Part shown: in pieces, positions 12,042 to 27,845 of the stretch | How the letters are laid out: each line of letters begins with the position of its first letter | Position numbering within the stretch: position 1 is the stretch's first letter | Assembly (NCBI RefSeq): GCF_027921745.1 | Contig: NC_079238.1 | Span: 3,224,001-3,288,000, forward strand | Length of the DNA: 64,000 nucleotides | Direction: 5' to 3' | DNA from: Schizosaccharomyces osmophilus | Taxonomy: Eukaryota | Program-made: the position numbers and the translations under genes | The notes under the pieces: generated by a model | Database searches by the model: none | Told to the model about the DNA's origin: nothing | What the model saw: the letters and a program-made list of their open reading frames with translations, nothing else

Positions 12042-12800
12042 AGTTATTGATTGATAGTTAGAGACGTATAATATATTTCAACGAATTAGAAAATTATTTA
12101 AGTATTTGTTTTTGTTGAGAGTCTCTAAAAAAAGTTTTGTTGAGTGAATATGAAATATTTTGAATATAACAAAGATATCTTTTCTACTCTGTTGTGTAAA
12201 AATCCGTATTATCGTTTTGTTAATAGTAGCAGGTATAAGAATGGCAAGCAACCTCCCTTCATTCAACCATGCGTCTACAAAATGTATACGGGCTAGAAAG
12301 ATAAGTTTTTTATTTTTGTAGTTGCTTTCTCTTATTTGCTTATTAGTAAATTCGATTGAATGTCCAGCTTCATCTGTTTGTTCATTCAAATGAAAACAAG
12401 TACTGTAGGAATTTATTGGAAGCATTTCCTTTTTCCTTCACAATTTCTCTAGAAGCTATTTCTTATTCTATTTTATCAAACAATGTTCTTCTTATTTTAA
12501 GGATTTTTATTGCATATCCTGATTCAGGCCTTTTTTCTTATTTTGGTATATTTATTTCTTTATTTACTACGGCAAAACATATTTGAACGGTAAGCTCCTT
12601 TTATAACTGTTTGTTTACAACGGCTTAAGTAATTCAACGCATTTTGGGTAAATGTGTTAAGTACCCCCACTTTAGATGATCTTGGCTTTCATGGTAAACT
12701 CCTTACTGTCTACTAGGCCCGTTCCTCCAACCTCCTTTGCTCATAACTTACCTACCCCAAAGTTGCCTTTCAACCGTTTCTTGGAAGAACCTAAAAGAAA

Positions 12801-15256
12801 ATGAGCTTGGATGTATGTAAAAAAGTAAAAACGAAAGTGAAAAGTGCTAACTGTGAAAAGACGGCTAAAAGTGATTTATCAACGGAAGCCCAAGTAGTGG
12901 GAACTGAACAAAACAATGATCAGACTGCTCCTAATTTTGTTTCATCCACAGAAACCGATGATTCACACAATGTGCTTGTTTTGAACAATGGTTCAAGACT
13001 GCTCTGCATTGCGGACCTTCGTGGTAAGTAAATTGAAGAAAGTGAGGCCTCTCAAGGTAGCATGCGTTGATTTGATCTCTGCTGTTTACTTGATAATGGG
13101 ATACAAAATGATTACAGTATCAATTCTCTAATTCCGTTTACCGTAACCATACTACAGATCGTATTTGTACTAGGTTCTTTCCCTTTATAAAATTGTTTTC
13201 GCTTATGACTAATATCTTCTTTTAGGTGAATTGAGCCTTATCAACAAGCTTGCTGAAGAGACTCGTGCTGATTGTGTTATCCACACGGGCGATTTTGGAT
13301 TTTTTGAACGATCCTCTTTACCTAATATTTCAGAAAGGTTCGTGGACTTTTGTATATAATTCTCGTATATAACTAACTTTTTGAAGGACTCTTCGTCATA
13401 TAGTCCAATTTTCGCCTCTCATAAAACGTTTGCCTAGATCAAAAAGTTTTGACCACTATCCTTCAAACCCTATAAGTGATTTAAAAAACAGCATTGCTTC
13501 GCATCCTGATTGTCTTCTCTCTGAACTTCCCTATTTTTTGTCTCAGGAAAGGAAATTTATTGTTCCTGTCTATACTGTATGGGGTGCCTCTGAAGACGTT
13601 CATGTTTTAGAAAAATTCGCTACCGGTGAATACTCTATCCCTAATCTAAATATCATTGACGAACTACATTCCCATCTTTTACAAATAGGTGATTTAAAAA
13701 TTCGTCTACTTGGACTTGGTGGTCCTTATGTTCCTTTTAAACTTTTCGACAACGGTGAGGGAAAGGGTACCATTGCAGGTGCTCAGGGTACCACATGGAC
13801 AACAGTTCTTCAAATGGGTGAATTGATAGAGACCGCTAAGAGCTGTCTTGATAGGGAAGAAACTCGTGTTTTCATAACTCACCATCCTATTGGTAGAGAA
13901 GGTGTGTTCTGTCAACTTGCAACTGTTCTTCAAGCTGATATTACTTTGTCCGCTGGTCTACACTTTCGTTATGGAGCCAGTTATAACGAGTTTTCCGTGA
14001 ACCCAAATCCAGAACATTATTTGCAAAAACTTTCTGCTGGCCGTGCTCAATTCATGGAGGTTTGGGAAACCGTTAAGTCAGAGGTTGAACGAATGGTCAC
14101 TCCTGATCAACAACATTTAGTGAATAACGTTACACGTCTTGTTTCCAGAATGCCTGATGCCACCAATAGTTATGCCATGAATAATATGCTTCCTGGAACC
14201 GCGTTAAAAAATCTTTGGAACTTTAATCTGCTCGACGCCTCTTTTGGGTGGAATGTTTTAGTTGTGGAAAATGGCCACGTCCAAGTTGAAAGTAAATCTT
14301 TCGGATTCAATTTGGGGTATCGCCGTTCTGCCGCCCGTAGAAACGATAATTATAATAGAGTTACCGAGGGAGGTTCTACTGGTGAAAATTACTACAGACC
14401 TCAAAAGTCGGAAGCACAAGCCAGACCATCCTTTGCAGCGGAAGTGGAGACCGCTGGTAAACAAAATTCCGAGCCGGTTGTTGAAGAAGCGAAAGCTGCT
14501 GTGGAACCAGATGAACCTTTGAAAAAGGATGAAGCTCATCCTGATCAAAGTCTTCCCAAAGAAACTGTTTATGAAGAGGATGAGTCTGTGTCTGCTTCGA
14601 AGCTCCCTAGCGATGCAAAAGATATCGAAAAGGGATTAGCAGACACGACAATTTCAGAAGAGAGCACCATCGACGAGAAAGATGCTGCTGAAAGGATTCC
14701 TGGAGAACAAAGTGGCTCAACTGTATATGCGCGGCAGACACCCAAAGGTGACTATCAAAAGAATATGGACCGTGGATTCCGTCCCAACTATGGAGAGCGT
14801 CAAGAGAGATTTGGGTTCCATATAACACCTTGTAATACCGAAGAAGAAGCTCGGTCTTTCTTCACTGACGGTGCTGATCAGCTAATCACTAATGTTCAAA
14901 TTCGTACCTCCACGAACCGAAACAGAAATTTACCTCCAAACACGAACGTGACTCCCACAAATTATGCTTATGTTCACTTTGAGAATCAAGATGCTGTCAA
15001 TAAGGTAGCTGACAAGATCAAAACCCCCGATGGCGTGCGTGCCAACGTAATGCGTGATGATTACTACCGTCAAAATAGAGGTTGGTATAGGGGTGGCCGA
15101 ACAGAAGGTCATTATTCTAATATGCGTACAAACCGTGGACGAGGTGGCCGTGGTGGTCGTTACCCTAGAATGCAGCAACATCCTCGTCAAATGCAATCTG
15201 CTGGAACTTCTGTAGCACCTAACTATAGCACTGAACAAAGCTCAGCTGATCATTAA
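12801..15256 (+). CDS. Conserved fungal DUF2433 protein (SPBC16H5.12c-like): metallophosphoesterase-like N-domain, RRM-like and RGG C-terminus; 3 introns
   Basis: Exons 12801-12812, 12861-13023, 13226-about 13337, about 13388-15256. Motifs [42 protein letters not shown]. Confidence 0.8.
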
Positions 15257-15808
15257 TGAAAATTGTTTACGATCTTAACGATTTACTCTGTCCCTCAAAA
15301 TTACATTCTTTGATATCCTTTTGTTTATGGATTGATGTTTATGTCGTCTCCGCGTCTTCAACTTTCCTTTTCATGAATGCATCTTTTGAAAAGGTGCTTC
15401 TTTCCATAGAAATTGGAATTGGGTGAATAAGGTAGAAAAAAGTTTTGTGATAGTAACTCCTTTTCTACGCCAGCTTCTGACTTTCTGATTCTACCATGCA
15501 ATGGTTAGAATTTCAAAGTTTTTCTGCTTATAGGGTTATAAGCAAGATTTGAATGTTCTATAATGACTTTGTAAGAAGATTGCACATTAATAGATTTGAA
15601 ATTTCAAAACTCATCTTCACTAGTAAAAACAACTTCAAATGGTCGAAATTAAGTTGGTCGGTAAATGGCTTTGATGGAATAGAAACTTTAGCTATCGCTT
15701 ACAAACGAATCAACTGGAATAAGCAAAGTCCAAATAAGCACCTGACCCTTACCATACGTATGAGGTTATACATACGGGAATTTGCGTATTTCTCTAACAT
15801 TTCCGCAA

Positions 15809-17806
15809 ATGGCTTCAAAAACACCAACTGTAGGAATTCATTCTTCTAAAGAAGCAATCTATCTGTCTTTACAAGAGGGCTATGATTTTGTTGGAGTTAG
15901 GTTGAGTACTGATGCTTTGAAGCAACGCGTAGAGAGTTTAGAACCTTTCGAAAGCGTGCAAGAGTTTTTCGACAGTGAAATAGCCTACCATCCAGAAGGT
16001 TTGGATTTAAAATATTGAATTGTGTTAGCTAACATTATGAAAGAATACGTAAATAAAGTAGTCGGGCTCACGTCAGAATGGATTGAATTGGATTCGAACG
16101 ATGCCTTGATAGCTCAGCGGTCTGAAGAAATTTTAATGAAAGAGGTTTCCTTTGCCTCTTACTGTGGTCTTGCTAGCGTCCTTTGTAATGGCCCTAAATA
16201 TGCCGATAACATAACGCAATATGCTAGATCATGCTCGACGATTTTAAATTCTAGTTACAATATCACTTTGGTTCTTCAATTTCCAATTGAATATGGCCAG
16301 GAAGACCTTTTTGAGAGTTGGAAGATGTGGAATATAGTTCGTACTTCTTGTAAATACAATCCTCGATTACAAGTTGCTCTCGAATTACCTCCATCATGTT
16401 CCCCTCCAATAGAATTAGTAAACAGATGGTATGCTGAGCCCATTGGTATGATCTCCCTATCTTGCATGGCTTTTGTTCCAAACCCGACTGGCTACCCTGT
16501 ATTGAGTCGTAAGCTTCGAGCCATCTTTTCTTTATACCTCAGACTAAATCCAAAGGTCTTTCTAAGGGATAGCAATGTTCCCGATAAGATTGGTGAATCA
16601 CCCGACTATAGTATATACATGAAACACCTTTTTGATACACAGCCTCCAGCTCCCTTGGTTGAGGAATTTGCCGGCGGGTACAAAGACTATTTACAGATTC
16701 CATTACAGCCACTCAGTCATAACTTGGAAAATATCACTTACGAGATTTTTGAGAGAGATCCTGTGAAGTATGCTCAGTATGAACAAGCGATTTTCGCGGC
16801 CTTAAACGACCGAGATGCAAATTCGGTTACGCGCATTGCTGTGGTAGGTGCGGGAAGAGGCCCTTTGGTCGATTGTGCTCTTCGGGCAGCTATATCATCT
16901 GCACGTACGGTAGACATGATAGCATTAGAAAAGAACCCTAATGCGTTCGCCATGCTTTTATTACGAAACAGACAGGATTGGGCTGGAAAGGTAACGCTTG
17001 TTTTTGGGGATATGCGAGAATGGAATCCCGATTATAAAATTGATATCTTAGTGAGCGAACTATTGGGAAGCATGGCAGATAATGAGTTAAGTCCAGAATG
17101 CTTGGATGGTGTCCAGCGAGTGCTGAATCCAATTACAGGAATAAGTATTCCTTCATCATACGCTTCGTACATCACTCCGATCATGTCCCCAAAGCTCTGG
17201 TCGGAAGTCCGTAATATGAACGATGCTTCGGCATTTGCAAGGCAATACGTTGTTTTAATGAATTCCGTTGATTTTTTGGCACCAAATGATGAGTTTCGAT
17301 TTCAACCACTTTGGTCATTTCATCACCCGAACGACGAGACGAAATTGTTTTCAAAAAATCAACATAATCGAAGAAATGCAGCTGTGCGCTTTCAAGCGAC
17401 TAACCCAGGTGTATTGCATGGCTTTGCTGGTTATTTTGAAGCTACTTTGTACAAAAATATCTCGCTCTCCACGTTGCCGACGACAATGGAAGAAAAGTCT
17501 CCGGACATGTTTTCATGGTTCCCAATATATATTCCAATCGAGGTATGACTATAAATTTTTACGTTGCTGTACAACTTTTATTTTATTTTTTTGAATCCTT
17601 ACTTACCATAAATTTAGAAACCAATGTACGTTCCCGAAAACAGCCAGCTTCAATTACACCTATGGAGAATGACTGATGGCGCACGAGTCTGGTTTGAATG
17701 GTCTGCAAATACATATCTGGTATTGAGGAACGGAAGCCACATTCATCTTTCATCCACTGACATTCACAATGCTTCTGGAAGGGGCTTTTCATACCTCATG
17801 AATTAA
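15809..17806 (+). CDS. skb1: Type II protein arginine methyltransferase PRMT5/Skb1 (2 introns)
   Basis: DYLQIPLQPL, VVGAGRGPLV, VSELLGSMADNELSPECLD and MFSWFP motifs; ATG 15809; introns at about 15999-16043 and 17543-17617. Confidence 0.96.
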
Positions 17807-18192
17807 TCGACACAACCGGTTGAAGCTTCATTTTCTTGGTTTCTTTTGTTTTTGTTTTAAATTTTTTTTTGGTTTTTGTAGAACTACAGTTGTGTGTGCA
17901 ATCGATATAAAGTCTACAGTTTTTGTGCGCACATTCGAATATAACATCAATTAATAAACTTTCATGCCTATAAAAATTAGCATCGATATGAGTACTGTTG
18001 AAGTTTCCTATTTTTTAATAATTCGTCCATTCATTTTTACAATTTAAATCTAATTCAGCTATTTACATTTATGCATTGGTTCACTAAAAAACAGTGCACC
18101 TCGTTAAATACACCTTATGCGAAGATTTGCTGTTGGTGACTTTTCTGCTTTTTGCCATACGACACTCAGCAAATTGAAATTGCTGAATTTAG

Positions 18193-20409
<2,217 letters not shown>

Positions 20410-20813
20410 CTAAGATTAAATTTTTGAATGGGATTTCGGATTACTTCTCTACTAACTCATTTTTTTTGTCTTTTTGTTAATATACTTGAAGTATTTTGTA
20501 ATATAGACCTTGCTTAGGGATATCGGATATCAAAACAGGTAATAATGGATCTTATTAAACGATTAAAAGCTACACTCATGTAAATAATGTAAAAAATACA
20601 CATTCTGGGAGAAATAATAAAAGCATGAGCCATTTAACATAATGAATATGATTAAGCGTTTAATTATTGGAGATAAGAAATACAATATTAGGATTGTCAA
20701 ATATTTTCATATTGTTTAGTGACAGCTGATGAATTCAGCAGTTGTTCAAGTTCGCAACTGAAATTACCTATCTCACTACCTTAATTTTGAGGAATGCACG
20801 GAGAAATCACATA

Positions 20814-22081
20814 ATGGGATTATTGACTTTGGTAAAAAATAAAGCACTGCTTTTTTTGGGGTTACTTTTTGTTGGAATCATTTTTAAGTACGTGGTTACA
20901 GAGGACTTGGAAATAATCACCAAATTTGAGAAACGTTTAGAGAGGTTGAACCAAAACTTAATAAAGGATGTGAATGACTTCCGCAAGAAGGAAAATGCTA
21001 CTCTTCTTACAATGGCAAGAAATTCTGAGTTGTATGAACTAGTAAACACGGTTCTCATATATGAAAGAAAATTCAACGGAATATATCGATACCCATGGGT
21101 GTTCCTTAACGATGAACCCTTTTCTGATAAATTTAAAAATACAATTGCTCGATTAACAAGCGGCCCTACTTATTTTGGAGAAATCCCAAAGGAGCAGTGG
21201 GATATGCCGGACTCTATAGACGTTGACCGAGCTGAGGCATCATGGGGGAACATGGCAATGAGAGGCATTATTTATGGAGGGAAGAAATCTTATCGACAAA
21301 TGTGCAGATACTATTCTGGTTTTTTTTGGAAACATCCATTACTCGATTCATATAAATACTACTGGAGAATCGAGCACGATTCTAATTTGTTATGCGACAT
21401 AAAAAAGGATCCATTTACTGAACTTCGTGAAAAAAATAAAACCTATGGGTTTGTCATTACCATTAAAGAAATTGCAGCTACCATCCCCTCTTTATGGAAC
21501 ACAACAATGGACTTTGTTGCAACGTATCCCGAGTTGCTGGCACCTAACAATTTATGGGATTGGATTTCTATAAATGAAGGAAAAGATTATAGTTTGTGTC
21601 ATTTTGTAAGCGTCTCCTCTGCTCCATGCTTTTATACTAACATGTTTAGTGGTCTAATTTTGAGGTTGCAGATTTGGACTTCTTTCGGAGCGATGCATAC
21701 CAAAAATATTTTGATTACTTGGATAATGCTGGTGGATTTTTTTACGAAGTACGTCTGGCCATAGACATTTTAACTTCCATGTTGACAAGTACTTGAACAG
21801 CAGCTAATCTTTTTAGAGATGGGGTGATGCCCCAATTCATTCAATAGCTTTAAGTCTCTTCCTGGATAAAAACCAAATCTTGTTTTTTAGGGACATAGGC
21901 TATGAGCATTCGCCTATCACTTACTGCCCTACTAATAATAAACATTGCAGCTGTGATGTTCCTTACGGAGATCGTATGTAGAATTTTCCCTTTTATTTAA
22001 CCGATGGTTCTAACCAAGTAAACAGTTAAAGACAACAATTCCTGCATTTATAAATATTTGCAAGTCGCAGAAGGCATTTGA
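20814..22081 (+). CDS. omh2: GT15 (KRE2/MNT1 family) alpha-1,2-mannosyltransferase, 3 introns
   Basis: Type II membrane anchor; [11 protein letters not shown] and [14 protein letters not shown]; spliced [12 protein letters not shown] and [11 protein letters not shown]. Paralog name from synteny. Confidence 0.88.
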
Positions 22082-22514
22082 GTTTACCAAGCGAGTGCTG
22101 CGAGTTTAATATTTACTTAAAGTAAGGAATAAACTTTGTGCTTTGGTCGTTTATCAGTGTCTCAACACTGCTATATCTGAAGACGAAAAAAATTTCCTTT
22201 TTTCTTCTTAATGAATTTCAGGATGCTACGTGAATATAGAAATAGATGTAAAAACGAAAATGAAAATTTAATTAATCATTTTATGATTTAATCTCTGTCA
22301 TCAAATAATAAATTTATTATAGGCGCATGAAAAATTTACCTTGAACACGGGCTCGCTAAGTAACGTTTCTATTTAAATTTTAGTGATGCTTGCTATGTGG
22401 CGTTAAATCTAATAAGGAAATATAAAATTTTCATACAAAGCGATGGCAACACGTCACATATTCCCATTTACAAAAGATAGAATTTTTCCAAATTTTGGTT
22501 TGTTCTTAGCAAAC

Positions 22515-24480
22515 ATGTCAGCAGCACCAAAATCATCATCGAAACTGAGAAGAGAGGTAAGTTGATGAAAAGGTAATCTAAAATAAATTATATTGATGCC
22601 TAAAATCTAATTTTTCATGCTTTTTTTCCAAAGCATTTGCAAAACAGTTACTAACTATTACAAAACAGGCCAAGCAAGCCGAACGTCTTGCTGCTAAGGG
22701 TCAAGCTCCCAAGTCGAAAACCTCTAAGAATGACAAGGACAAAGAAGTCGATGGTGTAACTACTGACATTTCCCAATTGTCCACTGATGATCCTATTTTT
22801 GAAAGAAGTGCTTCTGGTGTATTGATTAGTCAATCCATGAGTCGTGATATCAAGATTGACAGCTATACACTCTCTTTCCACGGCCGTCTCTTGATTGAGA
22901 ACGCCATTGTGGAACTTAACCACGGTCAACGTTATGGTTTATTGGGTGAAAATGGATCCGGTAAGAGTACTTTCCTTGAATCTTTGGCTGCTCGTGATGT
23001 TGAGATCCCTGAACACATTGATGTTTATTTGCTTAATGCTGAGGCCGAACCCACTGACATTAATGCCGTCGAGTATATCATTAGATCCGCAAAGCAAAAG
23101 GTTCAAAAGCTTGAACTTGAAATCGAAGAATTGTCCACAGCTGATAATGTTGATGACGTTTTGCTTGAAAGTAAATATGAAGAACTTGACGACATGGACC
23201 CCAGCACCTTTGAAGCTAAGGCTGCTATGATTTTGAACGGTTTGGGTTTCACCCAGGAGACAATGAAGAAACCCACCAAGGACATGTCTGGTGGTTGGCG
23301 TATGCGTGTCTCTCTTTCCCGCGCTTTGTTCATCAAGCCTTCTTTGCTTTTGTTGGACGAACCCACCAATCACTTGGATCTTGAAGCTGTTGTCTGGTTG
23401 GAAAGCTATCTTGCCAAGTATGACAGATGTCTTGTCGTTACTTCCCACTCTCAAGATTTCCTAAACAATGTTTGCACAAACATTATCGATTTGAATACCA
23501 AGAAGCAATTAACTTACTATGGTGGTAACTTTGATATTTACATGCGTACCAAGGAAGAAAACGAGACAAACCAAATGAAGGCTTACCTTAAGCAACAAGA
23601 AGAAATTGCCCATATCAGAAAGTTCATTGCTGGTGCTGGTACTTATGCCAACTTGGTGCGTCAAGCTAAGTCTAAGCAAAAGATTATCGACAAGATGGAA
23701 GCCGCTGGTTTGATTGAAAAGCCCGAGCCTCCTCGTTCTTTCAGCTTTGAATTTGAAGAAGTACGTAAGCTTCCCCCTCCTATCATTGCTTTCAACGACG
23801 TTGCATTCTCCTATGATGGTAACCTCGATCACTCTCTTTATCGTGACTTGTCTTTCGGTATTGACATGGACTCTCGTGTCGCTATTGTCGGTAAGAACGG
23901 TACTGGTAAGTCCACTTTGTTGAACTTGATTACTGGTATGTTGATTCCTGTTGAGGGTAATGTCTCTCGTTACAGTGGTTTGAAGTTGGCCAAGTACTCT
24001 CAACACAGTGCTGACCAACTCCCTTACGAAAAATCCCCTCTTGAATATGTCAGCGACACCTACAAATCCAAATTCCCCAATAGAGAACTTCAACAGTGGC
24101 GTAGTGTCCTTGGCAAGTTTGGCTTGTCTGGTCAACACCAAACTAGTGAAATCCGTACATTATCTGATGGTTTGAAGAGCCGTGTCGTGTTCGCTGCTCT
24201 TGCCTTGGAAGAGCCTCACATTCTTTTGCTCGACGAACCTACTAACCATTTGGATATTACATCAATTGATGCTTTGGCTGGTGCTATTAAAAGATGGAGT
24301 GGTGGTGTCGTTTTGGTTTCACACGATTTCCGTCTTATTGGCCAAGTTTCTAATGAACTTTGGGAAGTTAAGGACAAGAAGGTTGTGAAATTGGACTGCA
24401 ACATCGAAGAGTACAAGAAACAAATGGCTATTGAAGTCCAATCTCATGATACCACTTCTAAGGTCAAGCACTTGGTTTAG
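22515..24480 (+). CDS. ABCF-family soluble ATPase (Arb1/ABCF2-like, SPBC16H5.08c); intron 22557-22668
   Basis: Two NBDs (GENGSGKS/MSGGW/LLLDEPTNHLD; GKNGTGKS/LSDG), no transmembrane domain. True ATG at 22515 via intron. Confidence 0.93.
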
Positions 24481-24848
24481 ATTACTTAAAATTTCTTTCT
24501 ATAATTGGTTGAAGGGAATATTCTTATGTTTAGTTGAGGGTTATTTTATGTGGGCTAAAAATTACTTTAAATTTTGGTTAAATATCATATTTTTGTTATG
24601 TGTAGTTTATAATGTACGAGGCGGTGAATGTTGTGTAAGCTTATTGATAATTTATGTGCATAATGCAGTCCTAAGTATTTTATCTTCTTTTGTAGATGAA
24701 ATACACTAGGAAGTTTCTTTTTATTGTACACTTATTCGTACGAAAGCAATGTATTTGGAAAATAGGAGGCGGTGAACCAAGGGAGTAAAAATTGCGAAGT
24801 ATAATAAAAGCGATTGTTTCCAGTTTTACTCTCGTTTTTCTTTTTCTA

Positions 24849-24852
<4 letters not shown>

Positions 24853-24884
<32 letters not shown>
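24853..24884 (+). repeat. Poly(dT) tract, 32 nt, upstream of ppa2
   Basis: Uninterrupted T run read directly. Confidence 0.95.
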
Positions 24885-25058
24885 CTCCATCCTTTAATTG
24901 AAAATGAAATGCATCGTATTTCATCCTTTGCGTTCTGGCTTGCACCACTTTATCGCCATACCCAGTGTTGGTACTAACAGTCAGCAACACAACCAAACAT
25001 CAAGACAACCGAAGCTTTAAAAAATTGCTCATTTTTATCATTAAGAAAAATTGAATAG

Positions 25059-26311
25059 ATGTCTATAGATTCAGACGATGTCTCGCAATCAGTATTCGGA
25101 GCTAATAACGTCTCTTTGAAAGATGTGGACGGATGGATCGAACAATTGAAAAGGTGTGAACCTCTCAGTGAGTCAGATGTAGAAGCCCTCTGTGAAAAGG
25201 TAAGAATTTGCTTGAATTACGAATACATTGAAGCAACTCTAAGATTGCTTCGAAATTGCGGTTTATATCAACTCCGATCTTTGAGAGAGCGTGCTAAGAG
25301 TTTCGAAGAGCAACTAACTGAAACTGTTTTAAAGTCTTTAAGAATATTTGGCGGAGCATGACACTAACTATGGAGTAGGCAAAAGAAGTGTTATGTCGCG
25401 AAAGTAATGTTCAGCCCGTACATAACCCTGTTACTGTTTGTGGTGATATTCACGGACAATTTCATGACTTGATGGAGTTATTTAAAATTGGAGGCGAAGT
25501 ACCTGATATGAACTACCTTTTTATGGGAGACTATGTAGATAGAGGGTACCATAGTGTTGAAACAGCAAGTCTGCTGGTAGCTATGAAGTTACGGTTTCCC
25601 CACCGAATTACAATATTAAGAGGAAATCATGAATCTCGTCAAATCACCCAAGTCTATGGATTTTATGATGAATGCTTACGTAAATATGGTTCCGCGAATG
25701 TATGGAAGCATTTTACTAATCTTTTTGACTATTTCCCTTTAACCGCATTAATTGAAGACCGTATATTCTGTCTACACGGTGGTCTTTCTCCTAGCATCGA
25801 TTCATTGGACCAAATTCGATCTTTAGATCGTGTTCAGGAAGTTCCTCATGAAGGTCCTATGTGTGATCTACTTTGGTCCGACCCTGATGATCGTTGTGGT
25901 TGGGGTATCTCTCCCCGTGGTGCAGGTTACACTTTTGGACAAGACATTTCTGAATCTTTCAACCATGCAAACGGCCTAAGTTTGACCGCAAGAGCTCACC
26001 AATTGGTAATGGAAGGTTACAATTGGGCTCATGATGGCGACGTAGTAACTATCTTTTCTGCTCCTAATTACTGTTATCGTTGTGGTAATCAAGCTGCGAT
26101 TTTGGAGGTTGACGATAATATGAATCAAGTTTTGTAAGTTTGCACTAAAATATCCTTTTGCGGTTACTAACAACGTTCTTTAGTTTGCAATTTGACCCAG
26201 CACCGAGAAAAGGCGAACCCGTCATTGCACGAAGGACTCCAGGTAAGGACCAGCTAAAAATACTGGCTTTTTGTATCCTCGCTTGCTAACATAATAGATT
26301 ACTTCCTTTAA
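25059..26311 (+). CDS. ppa2: PP2A catalytic subunit (4 exons)
   Basis: [28 protein letters not shown]; spliced C-terminus RRTPDYFL. Introns 25200-25378, about 26134-26182 and about 26243-26297. Confidence 0.95.
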
Positions 26312-27131
26312 AAAGTCGATGTTCATGCTCAAAAAATGGTCCTCTGTTTGTATTTAGCATCATACCTCACGTATGTAAAATTTATGATGAATCTTTTCTA
26401 TATCCTCAATTGTTCGGGCTGTATTGCGTGGTCACTCGCATATATATATATACATTATTTTTTTCTTTATCGTAATGAAAAGTAAAGGTTCGCGTTACGT
26501 CGCTTGTTTGGGATTACAAGTCGATCAGGTATAATGGAATTTTTGGTTAAAGATTGTCCGTTCCTATATAAGATTACCTTTTCTTTTAATATAATGTACC
26601 TACTAGGACTTTACAGTAAATGAGTGTATCGTTTGGTTATGTTCAAGGTGAGTGTTCAATTGCACTCGAGATGTTGGTTAATCAAGCTTTTCTGTATGAA
26701 TATTTTTAAGGAGACTAAAGGCTAGGTGCTAAAATTATTTTGCTAATAAAAAAAAGTACTACAATTCAAATAATGTAATGTAAACATTATGCCAACTTAA
26801 GCAAGGATCCATAGGTTTGGATGAAGCAAAAACTTGAAATTATCTCAAGATAACACAATCTACTATTGGAAGCGCCGAGAGAAAACTAGTAAAAAAGTGC
26901 AAAAGACTTTTAATTATTTTGGAACTACGAATAGCAGTAAAAAGCAAACGTTTAGGACTTAGGACAGAAGGGAAAAATTCCAATAGTCAGTTGCAAATTT
27001 GAAACACTATCCAATTGAAAATGATTTATAAAAAGAAAGGAGAGGGGAGAAAAGCATAAAGAGAAAAGAGGAGGGGGTACTAGGAGTAGTATAGACTCAG
27101 CAATGGAAAGCAAAAATCACTAAGAAAATGT

Positions 27132-27845
27132 TTAACCAACAATAAGCTTATCGCCATCAAATTCGTATTGAGGAATAACCAGGTTGATGGGAGCAGGACC
27201 ACGACGAATACGTCCAGAAATATCATAGTGAGAACCGTGGCAAGGGCAGAACCAACCGCCATAGTCACCAGCTTCGCCAATGGGGACACAACCCAAGTGA
27301 GTACAGACACCAATCATAACTAACCATTCGGGTTTTTGAACACGATCAGAATCGGCTTGAGGGTCACGGAGGGCACTGATGTCCATAGCGTTGGCTTCAT
27401 CAATTTCGGCCTGAGTACGATGGCGAATAAAGACAGGCTTACCTTGCCATTTAACAACCATATTTTTACCCTCAGGGATCTTGTTTAAGTCAACTTCAGT
27501 TTTGGACATGGCTAAAACGTCAGCAGAAGCAGACCAACTAGCAAGAAAGTCATGAACTGTAGCTTGAGCACCAGCGGCAGTTAAGGCACCAAGGGTACCA
27601 ACCATGGCATAAGAAACAACACGAGATCGGTCACCAGAGGAGGATTTGGTTTTATATTCTGAAAAGTCAGGAATCTCTGTAGACTCAGAATTATATCTAC
27701 GAGTGAACGCTAAAGGACCAGAAGTTTTCACTGCAGAGTTGACGGCGGATCTGGCCAAACTTTGAGAAGTCGCGCTCGACGAAGCGGGCATCCTTCTCAA
27801 GGCCGATGCGACTGATTTTGAAATGAATTGTTTTGGAAACATCAT
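27132..27845 (-). CDS. rip1: Ubiquinol-cytochrome c reductase Rieske iron-sulfur subunit
   Basis: CTHLGC and CPCHGS boxes; mitochondrial presequence. Confidence 0.98.
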   Translation of the reverse strand: MMFPKQFISKSVASALRRMPASSSATSQSLARSAVNSAVKTSGPLAFTRRYNSESTEIPDFSEYKTKSSSGDRSRVVSYAMVGTLGALTAAGAQATVHDFLASWSASADVLAMSKTEVDLNKIPEGKNMVVKWQGKPVFIRHRTQAEIDEANAMDISALRDPQADSDRVQKPEWLVMIGVCTHLGCVPIGEAGDYGGWFCPCHGSHYDISGRIRRGPAPINLVIPQYEFDGDKLIVG

